The notes below the pieces were generated by a model that saw nothing but the letters and a program-made list of their open reading frames with translations, had not been told where the DNA came from and searched no databases. This document shows, piece after piece, positions 33,609 to 44,012 of a stretch of 64,000 nucleotides of DNA (position 1 is the first letter of the stretch; each line of letters opens with the position of its first letter). Source of the DNA: a virus (lineage: Duplodnaviria; Caudoviricetes); IMG/VR virus record IMGVR_UViG_3300021387_000147. One strand, given 5' to 3'. A program made the translations under genes and the position numbers.

Positions 33609-34865
33609 TTACATGCGGAATGCAAAGTCAGTTTCATTCTTGACACGCCAATCAATAGCGCGCTGCAAGAACTCACGATAAACTTCACTCTTACCCATGA
33701 ACTTACCTGCACTGTCACTAATCTTGCAGACAGGAATTCCATTCACTTCGGTGAGCTTAATCACCTGATTCATTGCCTTAAAATGACCAGTATCATTCAG
33801 CAACCAAGTTCCAATTCCAAATGCAATATTGCAACGACCCTTAAAGTGTGCAGTAATCTTTGCGGCACGTTCAAAATCCAAACTATCACTGAAGAGCAAA
33901 GTCTTTGTCTTCGGATCAATGCCCAGCTTCTGATAGTGAGCAATCATCTTTTCACCCCATTCAATAGGGTCACCACTGTCATGGCGAAGACCACCGAACA
34001 ACGTTGCAAACTTGTCAGTAAAGTCCTTCAAGAAGCAATCAGTCGTAATGCAGTCAGTCAAATAAATACCGTTCTTAACACCGTATTCCTTTGTCCATGC
34101 CTTCATCATATAGTAGTTCGACCAAGCAGGGTTGTGGAAAGGATAACCCTGACCAACAACTTCAACAGCTTCGTGAGCCATCGTTCCCTTAGGACTCCAA
34201 CCAAAGAGGAAGGAGAAATAAACATTCGAAGTACCAACAAACAGACGGCGAAGGATTTCATACTTCTGCATCCATTCATACATAGTGCGGAGCATCCATT
34301 CCTGGAATTCCTTACAGAAGCGACGACGAGTACCAAATTCAGAGAATGCGGCCATATCAATCTTACCATCGACAAGGTCCTGCAACTTCTGAAGGAAAAT
34401 CTTCTTAGCGTCTTCAATAATTGCATTCTGTTCAGCCTTAGTGTAATGTAGACGGAACCAAACTTCCGATACAATTGCCATTACAGGAACTTCGTGGTAA
34501 GAAACGTCAATATTATATCCACGGAAGTGAATTTCAGGCTGTTTGATGGCTTCATCCATCTTACAAGTAATTTCATTACGGTCGACTGTATAACGCTTGA
34601 GGAAACCAACGTAGTCATGGACCATAAAGTTAATCATAGCGAAATGATCCAACTCCCACTGAGTATAACGGAGCCTTGCATACAAATCAATCTGATAATT
34701 GATTTCGTCAATCATTTCCTGAGTAAAAATACGCTGGGGATCACGATTCTTATACGTCCATTCGACCTTAGCATCGTGGAACTGATGCACAAACATCTGT
34801 CCCATCGTATACTTATAAAAATCGTTATCACTCAAATGTGTAATAATTTGCGGTAAATGTGCCAT
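33609..34865 (-). CDS. pncB: nicotinate phosphoribosyltransferase
   Basis: D.DFYKYTM, EFGTRRR, GTSNV, GTMAHE, RHDSGDP, FSDSLD, FGIGT, KISDS.GK. Confidence 0.95.
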   Translation of the reverse strand: MAHLPQIITHLSDNDFYKYTMGQMFVHQFHDAKVEWTYKNRDPQRIFTQEMIDEINYQIDLYARLRYTQWELDHFAMINFMVHDYVGFLKRYTVDRNEITCKMDEAIKQPEIHFRGYNIDVSYHEVPVMAIVSEVWFRLHYTKAEQNAIIEDAKKIFLQKLQDLVDGKIDMAAFSEFGTRRRFCKEFQEWMLRTMYEWMQKYEILRRLFVGTSNVYFSFLFGWSPKGTMAHEAVEVVGQGYPFHNPAWSNYYMMKAWTKEYGVKNGIYLTDCITTDCFLKDFTDKFATLFGGLRHDSGDPIEWGEKMIAHYQKLGIDPKTKTLLFSDSLDFERAAKITAHFKGRCNIAFGIGTWLLNDTGHFKAMNQVIKLTEVNGIPVCKISDSAGKFMGKSEVYREFLQRAIDWRVKNETDFAFRM

Positions 34866-34895
34866 TTTTATTGTCCTTTTGTTTAGTTTTCCTTT

Positions 34896-35153
34896 TTAAA
34901 TAAATGAAATCTTAAGTTTTTCATTTTTTGTCAATTCAAGAATGGACTTAACCTTAGCCGTGTTAACAGCAACTATCGGAAAAATTCTAGGCTTATATTC
35001 CTTATATTCCATTGGTGTTTCAATGATAAGCATCTTGGTCGACATATCAATTCCATACTTTTTGAAGTTTTCAATCATCTTCTTAACCCATTCAAGGCAG
35101 TCGCCAGAGTCATGCCTAAAAAAATCATTCTGAGTAAGGATTTCTTTTTCCAT
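34896..35153 (-). CDS. small protein containing a PncB-like segment
   Basis: RHDSGDCLEWVKKMIENFKKYGID..TK aligns to PncB RHDSGDPIEWGEKMIAHYQKLGID..TK; GAGG RBS. Confidence 0.7.
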   Translation of the reverse strand: MEKEILTQNDFFRHDSGDCLEWVKKMIENFKKYGIDMSTKMLIIETPMEYKEYKPRIFPIVAVNTAKVKSILELTKNEKLKISFI

Positions 35154-35170
35154 TCTAAACCTCTTTTTGT

Positions 35171-35428
35171 TTATGCTTTTGTAATACCCATTTTCTTATA
35201 CAGGTAAGAGTAAATGGAATCTTCTATTGCACCATAGTCATCGTAAATTCGAGTAGCAATGCAGACTTTTCCATTAGTCACATCATAGAGCGACAAGTGC
35301 CCAGATTTCGTGCGTTTAGTAGTGAATGAATAACCACCAACAGTATAGTTAAAGATACCCTGAACTGGATCATTTTCACCAGCAACCTTATTTTCACTAA
35401 ACCATTTGATATATTCAGCAGTTTTCAT
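35171..35428 (-). CDS. hypothetical early protein
   Basis: Start moved to ATG 35428, after GAGG and promoter cassette 3. Confidence 0.75.
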   Translation of the reverse strand: MKTAEYIKWFSENKVAGENDPVQGIFNYTVGGYSFTTKRTKSGHLSLYDVTNGKVCIATRIYDDYGAIEDSIYSYLYKKMGITKA

Positions 35429-35431
35429 TCT

Positions 35432-35513
35432 ATAACCTCTTTTTGAATACAAGTATAATATAGTAAATTTTATGGCCCTTGGTAACCCCTTTTTATGTAA
35501 AATTTTATTTACA
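35432..35513 (-). promoter_or_regulatory. boxed promoter cassette 3
   Basis: Box 35496-35513; GGG-TTACCA-17-TATATT; AAAAAGAGG. Confidence 0.85.
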
Positions 35514-35605
35514 TTTAGCCCTTCCAGGATGAATTCTGGGCTCTTTTTTGTCCCGGGCATGTAATTATACGGCAAATATAAAAAGAGAGCCCTGGAAGCG
35601 CTCTC
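35514..35605. repeat. ~90 bp GC-rich double-hairpin element, copy A
   Basis: Aligns by eye with 53112-53202; includes a terminator-like hairpin. Confidence 0.7.
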
Positions 35606-35628
35606 TTGAGTCAAATTTTATGTTCTTT

Positions 35629-36246
35629 TTAGTCCATAAAGGCCCATTTTTCTGGCTTTTCATCACCATTTATCCATGTAATCAAAGGTTTACAATTGGC
35701 ACCCTTTTCCCATTCAAACCAAGCGTATGCCACTGCTCCAGCCCCAAATAATTCCTCATCGCCATTTTTAGCACAATTGGAACGTTGAGTCAATACATAG
35801 ACATTTTTCAATTGATTTGTATCAAATAACTTTCTTCTCTTTTTACCTTCTAAGAAAGTCAATTTCAAATACATTACAACTTTCCTTCCTTTTGGTATCA
35901 TTTCAAGTGCTTTTTCTACACATTCTTGAGCCAATTCATAAGGAGGATTTGTGACTATATCACCATCAAAAGTTTCTTGTTGTTCTAAGAAGTTCCATGT
36001 TTTATCTAATGGATATTCTCTTTGTATTAAATCAGCACATGTAACATTATAGCCTCTATCCTTAAAGACTTTAGCTATATGACCATTTCCAGCACAAGGC
36101 TCTAAGATATTTTTTGAAAAATCAATTTTACATTCAGTAAATAACTTTTCAACTATCTTAGGATTTGTTGCATAAAAGTCATTTTGTTCTCTTTCATCTT
36201 TACAATGATTAGAACATCCATTTGTCACATAAATCTTATCTGCCAT
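35629..36246 (-). CDS. amino-DNA methyltransferase (m6A/m4C)
   Basis: DFYAT, LEPCAGNG, IVTNPPY, YAWFEW. Confidence 0.88.
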   Translation of the reverse strand: MADKIYVTNGCSNHCKDEREQNDFYATNPKIVEKLFTECKIDFSKNILEPCAGNGHIAKVFKDRGYNVTCADLIQREYPLDKTWNFLEQQETFDGDIVTNPPYELAQECVEKALEMIPKGRKVVMYLKLTFLEGKKRRKLFDTNQLKNVYVLTQRSNCAKNGDEELFGAGAVAYAWFEWEKGANCKPLITWINGDEKPEKWAFMD

Positions 36247-36602
36247 TATCTAATACTTTCTTTAGAGCATCAATATCTGCTTCTGGATTGATACATGTTG
36301 AATTTGGCTTATTTTTAATTTCATTATACAAGTCATAATCATAATACTTACTATCTTCATTAAAGATAACCTTGTATAAATCACACTTGTAAGCATAACT
36401 ATCAGTCTTATTTCTCTTTGACTTTTTAATCATGTAATTCAAAGCGTCTTTAAGAGTTTTCTTATTTAATGCTTTGATATACATTGCACAATGTTCATAT
36501 TGACCACATGCAAGTAATTTACCAATATCATGTAATACTTTCATATCAGGCTTCATGAAAAATTCAACGATAGCCTCAATTGATTCTTTAATTGTCATTT
36601 TA

Positions 36603-37076
36603 TCACCTCTTGTTATAAACTTCTAGAACTTTTGTTTTATATTTATTAAGCAACATTGCTAATACAATTTCATACATTGCTTCACTAAACGAATATTCAT
36701 GTTTATTAGCATCATAATCTCCAGAATAATCTAGAAAATCATCAGAATACGAATAGTGTCCTTTAAAGTCAATTTCACCTTCATATCCAAGCTTAGGAAT
36801 TTTCACATCATTTTCCCATAAATCATTACACAAGAAAATGTATTCATCATCTGCAAAATCAATATCCCATTCATGCACATCATACAATTTAAAGATCGCA
36901 TCAAATAATTCTCTATCAGACATTAAAGTTCCGAAGATTTTGACTGAATAACTAATCAACGTATCAATATCTTCTTTAAGATTTGCATATTCATTATTAG
37001 ATGCTTCATCTAAAATTTCTTGTGCATATTCTGGATCAAAACATAGATCTTTTTCATCAAAACCATTGTTATACAT
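36603..37076 (-). CDS. acidic hypothetical protein
   Basis: Coupled ORF. Confidence 0.65.
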   Translation of the reverse strand: MYNNGFDEKDLCFDPEYAQEILDEASNNEYANLKEDIDTLISYSVKIFGTLMSDRELFDAIFKLYDVHEWDIDFADDEYIFLCNDLWENDVKIPKLGYEGEIDFKGHYSYSDDFLDYSGDYDANKHEYSFSEAMYEIVLAMLLNKYKTKVLEVYNKR

Positions 37077-38068
37077 TATGCTACCTTTAATTCATTAGAA
37101 ACTTTTTTATAGCGAAGAACATACTTCATTTTAACAGGAGTATTACGATAATTAAATGTTTTACTTGTTTTTTCTACTTTATCTAAAACATACTGACCAG
37201 CAAATTTGATTTTATTACCCTTTCCAACGAAGAAATTGTAAATATCATCTTTAGCTGTCTTATAACGCCAATTTTCAGAGTACTCTTCATTCGTATACAT
37301 ATCCATTGTCGACAAATCATTAGCATATTCATTATACCAATATCTACCTTGACCCTTAGCATTCCAATTGTTCATATCACGAGTCAAGAAAATCTGGCCA
37401 GGATATTTCTTTGTCAATTCCTTATCTGGATTTGTATTTTGAATAGAACCCTTTGTTAAATCATGACCATATTTCTTATAAAGAACTTCTACAATAGATT
37501 CTTTTCCTTTAGATGCCTTTCCCCAAGTTGGTGTCTGCAACAAAGTATTAAACAAATCAGACTTTGTAATGAATTCAAAATTATCTTTAATTCTAATCTT
37601 ATCACCTGAATTATATCTAATAAATCCAGGACGGTCATCCCAATTAAACTTCTTATGTTTAGCTACATGTTTACGAACGCATTGCAAGAATTTTTCAATA
37701 TCTTCCATTTTCTTTTCTATACCATGCGTCACATCTACACGGCAAATCTCAAAGTCATCGCGACCAATCATTGCCATCTTTTCAAAAATATCCAATTCAC
37801 GTTGCTTATCTGCTTCTTTCTGACGAGCATGGTGACCTTCATCAACTTCCAATCCAACATTGATTGCATCAAAAGTCAAATCAATTAGAGCCTTTCCATT
37901 ATCTCTCTTTACATAAGCCTGGAATGTTGGCTTCAAATCCCAAAATTTAAACCCCATTCTATCCATTAGACGGAGTTTAACCGTATTGATAACTTCTACT
38001 TCAAACTTCTTGTGGTCATGCTTATTTAGTTCTTCAGACCAATATAAATCTTTTTCATCAATTGTCAT
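37076..38068 (-). CDS. AbaSI/PvuRts1I-like endonuclease
   Basis: FQAYV.R......IDL.F..INVGLEVDEGHH....DKQRE.DI. Confidence 0.65.
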   Translation of the reverse strand: MTIDEKDLYWSEELNKHDHKKFEVEVINTVKLRLMDRMGFKFWDLKPTFQAYVKRDNGKALIDLTFDAINVGLEVDEGHHARQKEADKQRELDIFEKMAMIGRDDFEICRVDVTHGIEKKMEDIEKFLQCVRKHVAKHKKFNWDDRPGFIRYNSGDKIRIKDNFEFITKSDLFNTLLQTPTWGKASKGKESIVEVLYKKYGHDLTKGSIQNTNPDKELTKKYPGQIFLTRDMNNWNAKGQGRYWYNEYANDLSTMDMYTNEEYSENWRYKTAKDDIYNFFVGKGNKIKFAGQYVLDKVEKTSKTFNYRNTPVKMKYVLRYKKVSNELKVA

Positions 38069-38394
38069 TTCTTTAATTCCTTTGATATAGAGTCATCGTC
38101 AATGTAAATATATTCATCTAAATCTTCTTCAAACTTTCGCTTTCTAACTTCATACTTTTCAAGTGCTTCTATTAAACGCTTAGCATCCTCTATATTAGCG
38201 AATGCCACATAGTCAACCAATCCAGGAACTTCAATTTTATTACTTGACGAAAAATAATAACTAGATTCTTCGTAATATACTTTACGATATTCATCCCATG
38301 TAGCGCTATTCCAAAATATCCATCCCTTACGCTGAGGCATGTAATAAATTTGACCTTTATAGTCATATTTCTTTAATCGCCATTTAAATAACAT
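38065..38394 (-). CDS. hypothetical phage protein
   Basis: YYMPQRKGWIFW...IEDAKRLIE, similar to 21029. Confidence 0.65.
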   Translation of the reverse strand: MLFKWRLKKYDYKGQIYYMPQRKGWIFWNSATWDEYRKVYYEESSYYFSSSNKIEVPGLVDYVAFANIEDAKRLIEALEKYEVRKRKFEEDLDEYIYIDDDSISKELKK

Positions 38395-38726
38395 TTTAAA
38401 TTCCTCTAGTTATGAGGCTGATGCTCATCCCAGCAAGCCCATTTATTTGGACTATTTTTGTGTCCTTCATAGCGATGCTTACGTTCAACCTCAATCGCAT
38501 TTCTAATTTTGTCTGTGTTAATTAAACCCCATGCATAATGGTGCGCCAACATCTTTCTTAAAACTGCAATAGTTTTGTCTAAATCCAACTGTTCTTTGTC
38601 ATCATTCGTTCTTCGTTTCAACTTATACATGTGAGCAATTTCTTCTCGAATCTGCCAATAATCTTTAGCAAACTTAACAAGAGAAGCCGGATCTTTAAAA
38701 TCTGAATTTAACAAAACTGTACTCAT

Positions 38727-39080
38727 TTAATTTTTAGGTCCTTCAACTACTTCAACAACTTTATCCTTATTTTCCCATTCGTATGCTTTTTTTTCAAATT
38801 CCTTCATGGCCTTATACGCTTCATCCAAAGTCTTATAATCAGACTTTCCATTAAAACCAAAATCATCAATCGGGTACCAATTCAAAGGACATATACCTTC
38901 CCAATCAACACTATCATATTGCCAACACTGAACCTGAAAAATTCCAAGATTTGTCTTAACAATTCTTGTCGTCCACAGTTTATACTTATGATTATGTCGA
39001 TAAGTTAAAACAGGAATAGTAATAAACAATCCAATTGCTATAACAAGAATAATAGTAGCAAGAGCATGACAAGTAATCAT
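38727..39080 (-). CDS. membrane-anchored hypothetical protein
   Basis: AGGAG RBS; N-terminal TM. Confidence 0.65.
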   Translation of the reverse strand: MITCHALATIILVIAIGLFITIPVLTYRHNHKYKLWTTRIVKTNLGIFQVQCWQYDSVDWEGICPLNWYPIDDFGFNGKSDYKTLDEAYKAMKEFEKKAYEWENKDKVVEVVEGPKN

Positions 39081-39249
39081 TTTAAAATCTCCTTTTATTA
39101 AAGCCAGTAAAAAAGTACAAACAAATGTTGTTTTGTTTCATATACAATACTCTGTATATCAGCCCTGTTTATGCGACGTTGTTTTACATAATCACAAAGA
39201 TCATCATGACTTAAAAAACTGGCACTAACTAATTTCATAAAATCTCCTT

Positions 39250-39555
39250 TTACTTGACCTTCTTAAAAAAGTCTTCACGTTCTTCTTTAGTCATGTATTT
39301 AAGCGGAATAAGAGGATTTGGACCATATTTTCCATTATAACGCTTTTGACGAATTTCCATATCAATTTCTGTTCCACGAACAAACTTTGCAAAATTAACT
39401 CGCCAAGCAACATAAAGAGGAATATACGTATTCAACAACTGAACTCGCGTTTCCATATCAAGTGTCCTACGAATTGCCTTAGAAAGAGCTTCCAAAAATT
39501 CAGCGGCCCTATAATAAGCCAAATAATATTGATATTCAAAGTTGTTCTTTCGCAT
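39250..39555 (-). CDS. hypothetical protein
   Basis: AAAATAAAAGAGG leader. Confidence 0.7.
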   Translation of the reverse strand: MRKNNFEYQYYLAYYRAAEFLEALSKAIRRTLDMETRVQLLNTYIPLYVAWRVNFAKFVRGTEIDMEIRQKRYNGKYGPNPLIPLKYMTKEEREDFFKKVK

Positions 39556-39577
39556 TGTATTTACCTCTTTTATTTTA

Positions 39578-39817
39578 TTAGTAACAAAGTTCCCAGTTGA
39601 GCCACTTTGCTAGGTGAGTATAAAGACGTTCCCAAGCTCGGTCATAACCATCGTTGCTATCATAATCGCTCAAATAGTCACGGCTAACCAATTTACCATT
39701 TTTGTAAAGGTTAATCTGGTCGGGGAATCGTTCAATTTCAAACGTTCCGCGGATTGTTTCAATCGTTTCGCCGTCTTTCAAATTTTTAAGATTTTCTGCC
39801 GTGATTTTTCTGTTCAT
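39578..39817 (-). CDS. hypothetical early protein
   Basis: First gene after promoter cassette 4. Confidence 0.75.
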   Translation of the reverse strand: MNRKITAENLKNLKDGETIETIRGTFEIERFPDQINLYKNGKLVSRDYLSDYDSNDGYDRAWERLYTHLAKWLNWELCY

Positions 39818-39821
39818 TGGT

Positions 39822-39955
39822 TACCTCTTTTATTTTAACAAGTAAAATATACTAATTTTGGATTCGTTTGTTAACCCTGTTTTTTGTAAAAAGAAGTTTA
39901 CATTGCATAAAAATAGGTGCTCTTTTAAGCACCCTTTTGTAAATTTAAATTTACT
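39822..39955 (-). promoter_or_regulatory. boxed promoter cassette 4
   Basis: Boxes 39885 and 39938 (1 mismatch); TTAACA-17-TATATT; conserved leader. Confidence 0.88.
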
Positions 39956-40505
39956 CAGCTTTTACATGTTTAAATCCAAGCGCTTTCGCTTCTTTTACTG
40001 TAATTGTATCGCCATCTTTATACAATTTCTTTTGTCCTTCTTCGTTAACTTCTCCACTTTTAAATGTAGATGCAGGAAGAGGATCTCCAGGATGGAATGT
40101 ATACATACAATCTCCAATTCCATCTTCTGGTCCAACAATCAAAATCGTATAATCAACTCTTTCACGCTGATCAGTCTTCATACAAAGCGATAAGAAACCA
40201 GTATTCTTAAAATCTCTGAAATGACAAACTGTATCATCAGTAAATCGATTAATATCCAACATACCATGATAACCAGGAATATCTTTTGTCTTAAATGCTT
40301 TACATCCAGGAGACAATACATTTTCAACATCAATCCATGGAGTCCAATTTGCAGTCATCAATCGATTTTCCATTTCATCAACAGTTTCACATTCTGTTGT
40401 AGAACCAATACCATTCTTCAATCTCTGTTGGAGACATTTCTTAAAGTAATCTGGCATGTTCTTCTTTGTATTCTGAATACAACTTCTTACATACTTGTTA
40501 ATCAT
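39951..40505 (-). CDS. hypothetical protein
   Basis: 184 aa ORF; stop codon lies inside a box. Confidence 0.75.
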   Translation of the reverse strand: MINKYVRSCIQNTKKNMPDYFKKCLQQRLKNGIGSTTECETVDEMENRLMTANWTPWIDVENVLSPGCKAFKTKDIPGYHGMLDINRFTDDTVCHFRDFKNTGFLSLCMKTDQRERVDYTILIVGPEDGIGDCMYTFHPGDPLPASTFKSGEVNEEGQKKLYKDGDTITVKEAKALGFKHVKAE

Positions 40506-43500
40506 GCTTTAGCCAACCTTTCAAAAAAGTCTTCATCTTCATTGATTTCTGTAATTTCTTTATTTTCAATCATCTTACAGACTTTCTTATAATTCTCATC
40601 AAACTTCTGTAGAGTTGGCAATTCACCAAAACCATCTCTCAATGAAGCATTCTTAAATGGAATCATCTTAATCTGCACATTCTTCTTATATTCATTGAAT
40701 GTAGATAATGCAGTCTGTAAAAATTCCATTGACTTATCAATTACTTCACTTGCCATTTCTACATAACAATCTGTAGATAATAACTTAATTCCAGCCTTAG
40801 ATTCCAACTTATCACTTTCACTTTCAAATTTAAATGTAATCTTTGTAAAGTCTATTTGAAGTGGATCACACGTGTTATAATAACGCTGTTGCTTATTAGG
40901 CTGAATTCCATAGACTTCTAATTCCTTAGTTGTCAAATTAGCATGAATGAAATAATTTGCTCGACAACCATATCTATCCTTATTGACTTCTCTCAAGATA
41001 ACTTCATAAGGAGATGCTTCAAATTGAATTGTAATTGCATCATTAGTCAAAAATTCAGCTTTATTCTTATCTAAGCCTGATGCATATTTCTTACTTAGAC
41101 GTTCAACAACGTCAATCATCTTTAACTTTAATTCAGTTTCTTTCTTAAGGTCCGCAAATTTAATTTTATCTACGTCCTTTATTTTATCAGCGATTTTTGA
41201 AAAATCAACCATCATTTTTTGTTTCCTTAAAAGAAATAGTTTTTATCTTCATATCTTTATAATACTTCTTAAATGACTTTACTGCAGTATCAATCAAATT
41301 ATGCATTTGGTCAAAGTGCATACACAAGAAAGTAAAACATTTATCTAACTGTTCAGGAGTACAATCACTTCCCATATATTGAACTTCACCAGTAGAAAAT
41401 TGAATATTGGCTAAATCAAAATTATATTTATCTCTCCATTCTGCAAAATCAGAATCAGAAATGAATTTATACTTTATACAAGATACTTCTGTATCTACTT
41501 CATCATGTAAATTAGAAGTAATTGCCTTAAACTCAAACAAGTAAGATGGTAAATATATTTTAACTTTATCGTAGTCAAATAGACTGCACATTGAAGTTTT
41601 CAATCTAAATTCATATTCTTGTCCATCATCAACAGCAACAGCAAGACCATCTTTCTTATCAAAATACTTCTTGATAAGCATATCACACAAATCAAGAGCA
41701 AACTTTTCTCTTTTATTGCGTTCTTTTAAAACGTCATAATTATAACTCATCCTATTGTTTCCTTACCAATAATCATTTCAATTTCTTTGCGCTTTATTCC
41801 ATTCCTTACTTTCTTACAATAATCAGCAAGAAATTCTGGAGTCAATAAAGTCACATTGATTTTCATATATTCACTTACTCCAATTCTATCTAATGGATCT
41901 TCCTCATCTGGATCAATGTAAAACTTAGTTCCAAGATCTGCATATACAGTTCTTAATTCAATAAGATATGATTCATTATATTTTTCCAAACAAGGTAATG
42001 TGAAATATGTTCCATAACCATCACTACAATCAATAAAACCTGCTTCCAAAATCATTTTTTTGATTTCTTTCTTAGGCGGTTTCTTAATCAAAGTAAATTC
42101 TTCCATATTAACCCCAATTTGGAACGCTCAAACCAACGGTCTTGATTTGTGCAAGTTTAAAAAGACGAATAATTCTCTGTGCATATCTTGTAAAGAATGT
42201 TTCATCAATACAATTATATTTAACCAAGAACATATCAGAGACAATGCTTTCATCTATAGACAAATTACATTGATCTGACTTTGGAACTCTACGCACAGCA
42301 AAAATCACTTTCTTATTAGCTAATACTTCTCCATTCTGACCAATTCTCAAAATTGGAAGTGTATGACTAATTTGTGGAAGCATGTAATAACATTCTTGAC
42401 TATTAAATTCAAAGCCAGCATCTTCTGCCATCTTTACAACATCTTCACGCTTCCTTTCTTCAATAAAATCCAAGTCAGGCTCTTTTCCACGAAAATCAAG
42501 AATATCTACTTGAGTAAATCCAAGCTCAAGTTCAAAATCTTTATCTACGTCTTTAAATAAATTATCCATTTTCATTTTCTACTTCCGCGTTGAGGCTTAA
42601 AAGTGTTAAATCAAGTTCTTTCTTAAATCTATTCAATCTCTTTGCATAACCACAAAGAAAATCTTCGTCAACTACCTTAAATTCTCTCTTTTCATTTGTA
42701 TTCCAAGATATATCCCATTGATTACGCTTCCAATTATTTCTTGCATGTGAAATTGTCACTTGTCCATAATTAGGATTGTTTTTATCATAAATCTTGTTTG
42801 GATATATCTCAAAAACATGCGCAATATAAATATACTTTGTTCCAATCTCAATTGGAGCATTATAATCTAATAATGCTGGAACAGTCCATTGGTCATCTTT
42901 TCTACCATAAGATGGATATAATGCTCTAACAAAACCACAATCTTCTAATAGTTTTATCATTTCTTTCTTTGTTTTCCTTTGTATCTTATCAAACAAAGGA
43001 ATTTTACACCATTCACCTACCTTTAAATCTAACATTGCTTCTTATACTCCGATTTAAACGTTCCACTGACGATTGCCTTAATTCTTGCTTGTCGCTGCAT
43101 TTCTTCCAATGCTTGCTCATCTTCCAAATCACCATTCAACGAAACAATCGCCAAATCCTTTTCTTTCATTTTTCGAGTAAACCAATCTTTATAATCAACG
43201 AAAAATTCTTCTTTAAAATCAAGATTGTTTATATACGACATTGCTTTCACATTCCAACCATCAAAAACAGCACGTTTAACATTCGAATATGGGTCTTTAA
43301 CAACTTGGAAATTAAACTTTGTCGCATAACAACAATGATCATCATAAACTTCAATCAATACTTGATTTCCAACAGGTCCACAAAATGGCGCAATAGTGCA
43401 TTGATAATGATTTGACGCTCCACTATATTCCCAACATACAAAACCAATCGCTTCTAACTTCTTAGCGATTTCCTTTGCCTCTGGCCCTTTACGTCTAGGA

Positions 43501-43547
43501 TATTCTTTCAAAAATTCTATTTCGTTTTTTCCAATTTTTAATTGCAT
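40502..43547 (-). other. six tandem distantly related ORFs (43029, 42562, 42108, 41747, 41205, 40502)
   Basis: Four share a K..h.K.hE.xGF-like N-terminal motif; all end in K/R-rich helices. Confidence 0.55.
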
Positions 43548-43555
43548 ACAAATTT

Positions 43556-43580
43556 AAGCAGAGATTTCTCTCTGCTTTTG
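43556..43580. terminator. hairpin terminator
   Basis: AAGCAGAGA-TTTC-TCTCTGCTT. Confidence 0.6.
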
Positions 43581-43588
43581 TTTAAGTT

Positions 43589-43852
43589 TTACGAAACTGC
43601 TGGCTGATTGTTAATGTTCATGAACATACATGCCAAATCTTCTGTGTTAGAAATATCCCGACAAACGATGCGCTTGTGGTCATCAAAAACGTAGAATGCC
43701 GCATCATCCATGGAAGCCATCAAAGTGTCATAATGCTTTACGGTGTACTTTCGACCATTGTCGATAGTAATCTTGAAAGACAGCTTTCCTTCTTTTTGTG
43801 CTTTATTCCATTCATCGTTGATATAAGCCAATGCTTCTTGCATGTTTTTCAT
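43589..43852 (-). CDS. hypothetical early protein
   Basis: First gene after promoter cassette 5. Confidence 0.75.
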   Translation of the reverse strand: MKNMQEALAYINDEWNKAQKEGKLSFKITIDNGRKYTVKHYDTLMASMDDAAFYVFDDHKRIVCRDISNTEDLACMFMNINNQPAVS

Positions 43853-43855
43853 AGT

Positions 43856-44012
43856 GAACCTTCCTTTTAATTTTACTAATACAATATACCTATTTTATTT
43901 TCATCTGTCAACCCTTATTTTTGTAAAAAATTATTTACAATACCATTAAAAAAGCGCCCCGATTTCTTCGGAAGCGCTTTGAATTCAAATGTTATGTAAA
44001 TTTTATTTTACA
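43856..44012 (-). promoter_or_regulatory. boxed promoter cassette 5
   Basis: Boxes 43922 and 43995 flanking an AAAGCGC/GCGCTTT hairpin; TTGACA-17-TATATT. Confidence 0.88.

Noticed and set aside
33783-34451. Long plus-strand ORFs (33783, 62766, 56524, 3398, 8460 and similar)
   Set aside because: Antisense shadows of well-supported minus-strand genes; no recognisable motifs.
35429-35614. N-terminal extension of ORF 35171..35614
   Set aside because: Runs through a terminator, box and promoter; ATG 35428 has the RBS.
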